This document shows, one piece after another, positions 35,152-35,602 of a stretch of DNA of 35,602 bases. The notes beneath the pieces are model-generated. The model saw only the letters and a list, made by a program, of their open reading frames with translations. It was not told the DNA's origin and searched no databases. Made by a program: the position numbers and the translations under genes. Positions within the stretch are counted from its first letter, which is position 1, and each line of letters opens with the position of its first letter. Source of the stretch: a virus (taxonomy: Duplodnaviria > Caudoviricetes); the IMG/VR virus record IMGVR_UViG_3300022407_003733, positions 1 to 35,602 of that record. One strand, 5' to 3'.

Positions 35152-35370
35152 ATGAAGACTCCCATCCACATCCTCAACCGCATCTACCCGAACGGCTTTA
35201 CATGGCACGTCTGGAAACACCAGCGCACCGGAGAGCTCCGCTCCCAGCACCGCCCGAATGGTGGTGAGTCGCTACCCCCCGGCCGCGACTGGGAGATTGT
35301 CCGCTCCTTGCCACACAACCCCAAGCTGTGTCAGCGTAGACTAGCTAACAAACTCTTCGACAACCTATAA
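35152..35370 (+). CDS. Hypothetical protein
   Basis: 72 aa, co-oriented with the block. Confidence 0.5.
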   Translation: MKTPIHILNRIYPNGFTWHVWKHQRTGELRSQHRPNGGESLPPGRDWEIVRSLPHNPKLCQRRLANKLFDNL

Positions 35371-35388
35371 CAAACCACTACTCAAAAA

Positions 35389-35602
35389 ATGAAAGAAAAC
35401 ACCCTCAAAGAACTCGCAGACATCGGAGCCAAAGCCTCCCGCTCTGCCAATGGATGCAAACTCTACGGGAGCCTCACGGTTGACCCAAACAAATCGGCCT
35501 ACGTTAGCGATGCCCCCTTCCGCGAAGCCTTTGCCAAGGCTGTCCGAGATGCGGTGCTTGCGAATGTAGATGCGTTACCAGACCCGCTCGACATCGACGA
35601 CG
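35389..35602 (+). CDS. Hypothetical protein (truncated by the window end)
   Basis: ATG 35389, MKENTLKELADIGAK..., open to the end of the window. Confidence 0.55.
   Translation, partial: MKENTLKELADIGAKASRSANGCKLYGSLTVDPNKSAYVSDAPFREAFAKAVRDAVLANVDALPDPLDIDD

Overview
The window looks like a large part of a tailed dsDNA phage genome (podovirus-like gene order). No bacterial housekeeping flank is visible. It has four blocks. (1) Minus strand, 1-10844: large terminase, two glycosyltransferase-like genes, portal, scaffold, major capsid and a lysis cassette. The endolysin runs off the left edge and is missing from the ORF track. (2) Plus strand, 10880-21247, diverging from block 1: tyrosine recombinase, RuvC-like resolvase, a helicase/Cas4-like nuclease fusion, a probable ssDNA-binding protein, dNTP diphosphohydrolase, family A DNA polymerase, primase-helicase and a His-Me endonuclease. 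(3) 21216-23796: a glycosyltransferase-sulfotransferase fusion and APS kinase (cysC), divergent around an origin-like non-coding region. (4) Plus strand, from about 24100: an early/accessory region that includes an AAA+/HExxH/vWA trio. Its gene boundaries carry nine copies of a 23-bp palindrome (GCTTRGAAC-N5-GTTCYAAGC), plus a 40-bp direct repeat around an HTH-like gene and a structured ncRNA candidate. The two best candidates for an undescribed system are the palindrome-delimited gene array and the phage-encoded glycan sulfation pathway. All assignments come from reading motifs by eye. No database searches or folding programs were run.
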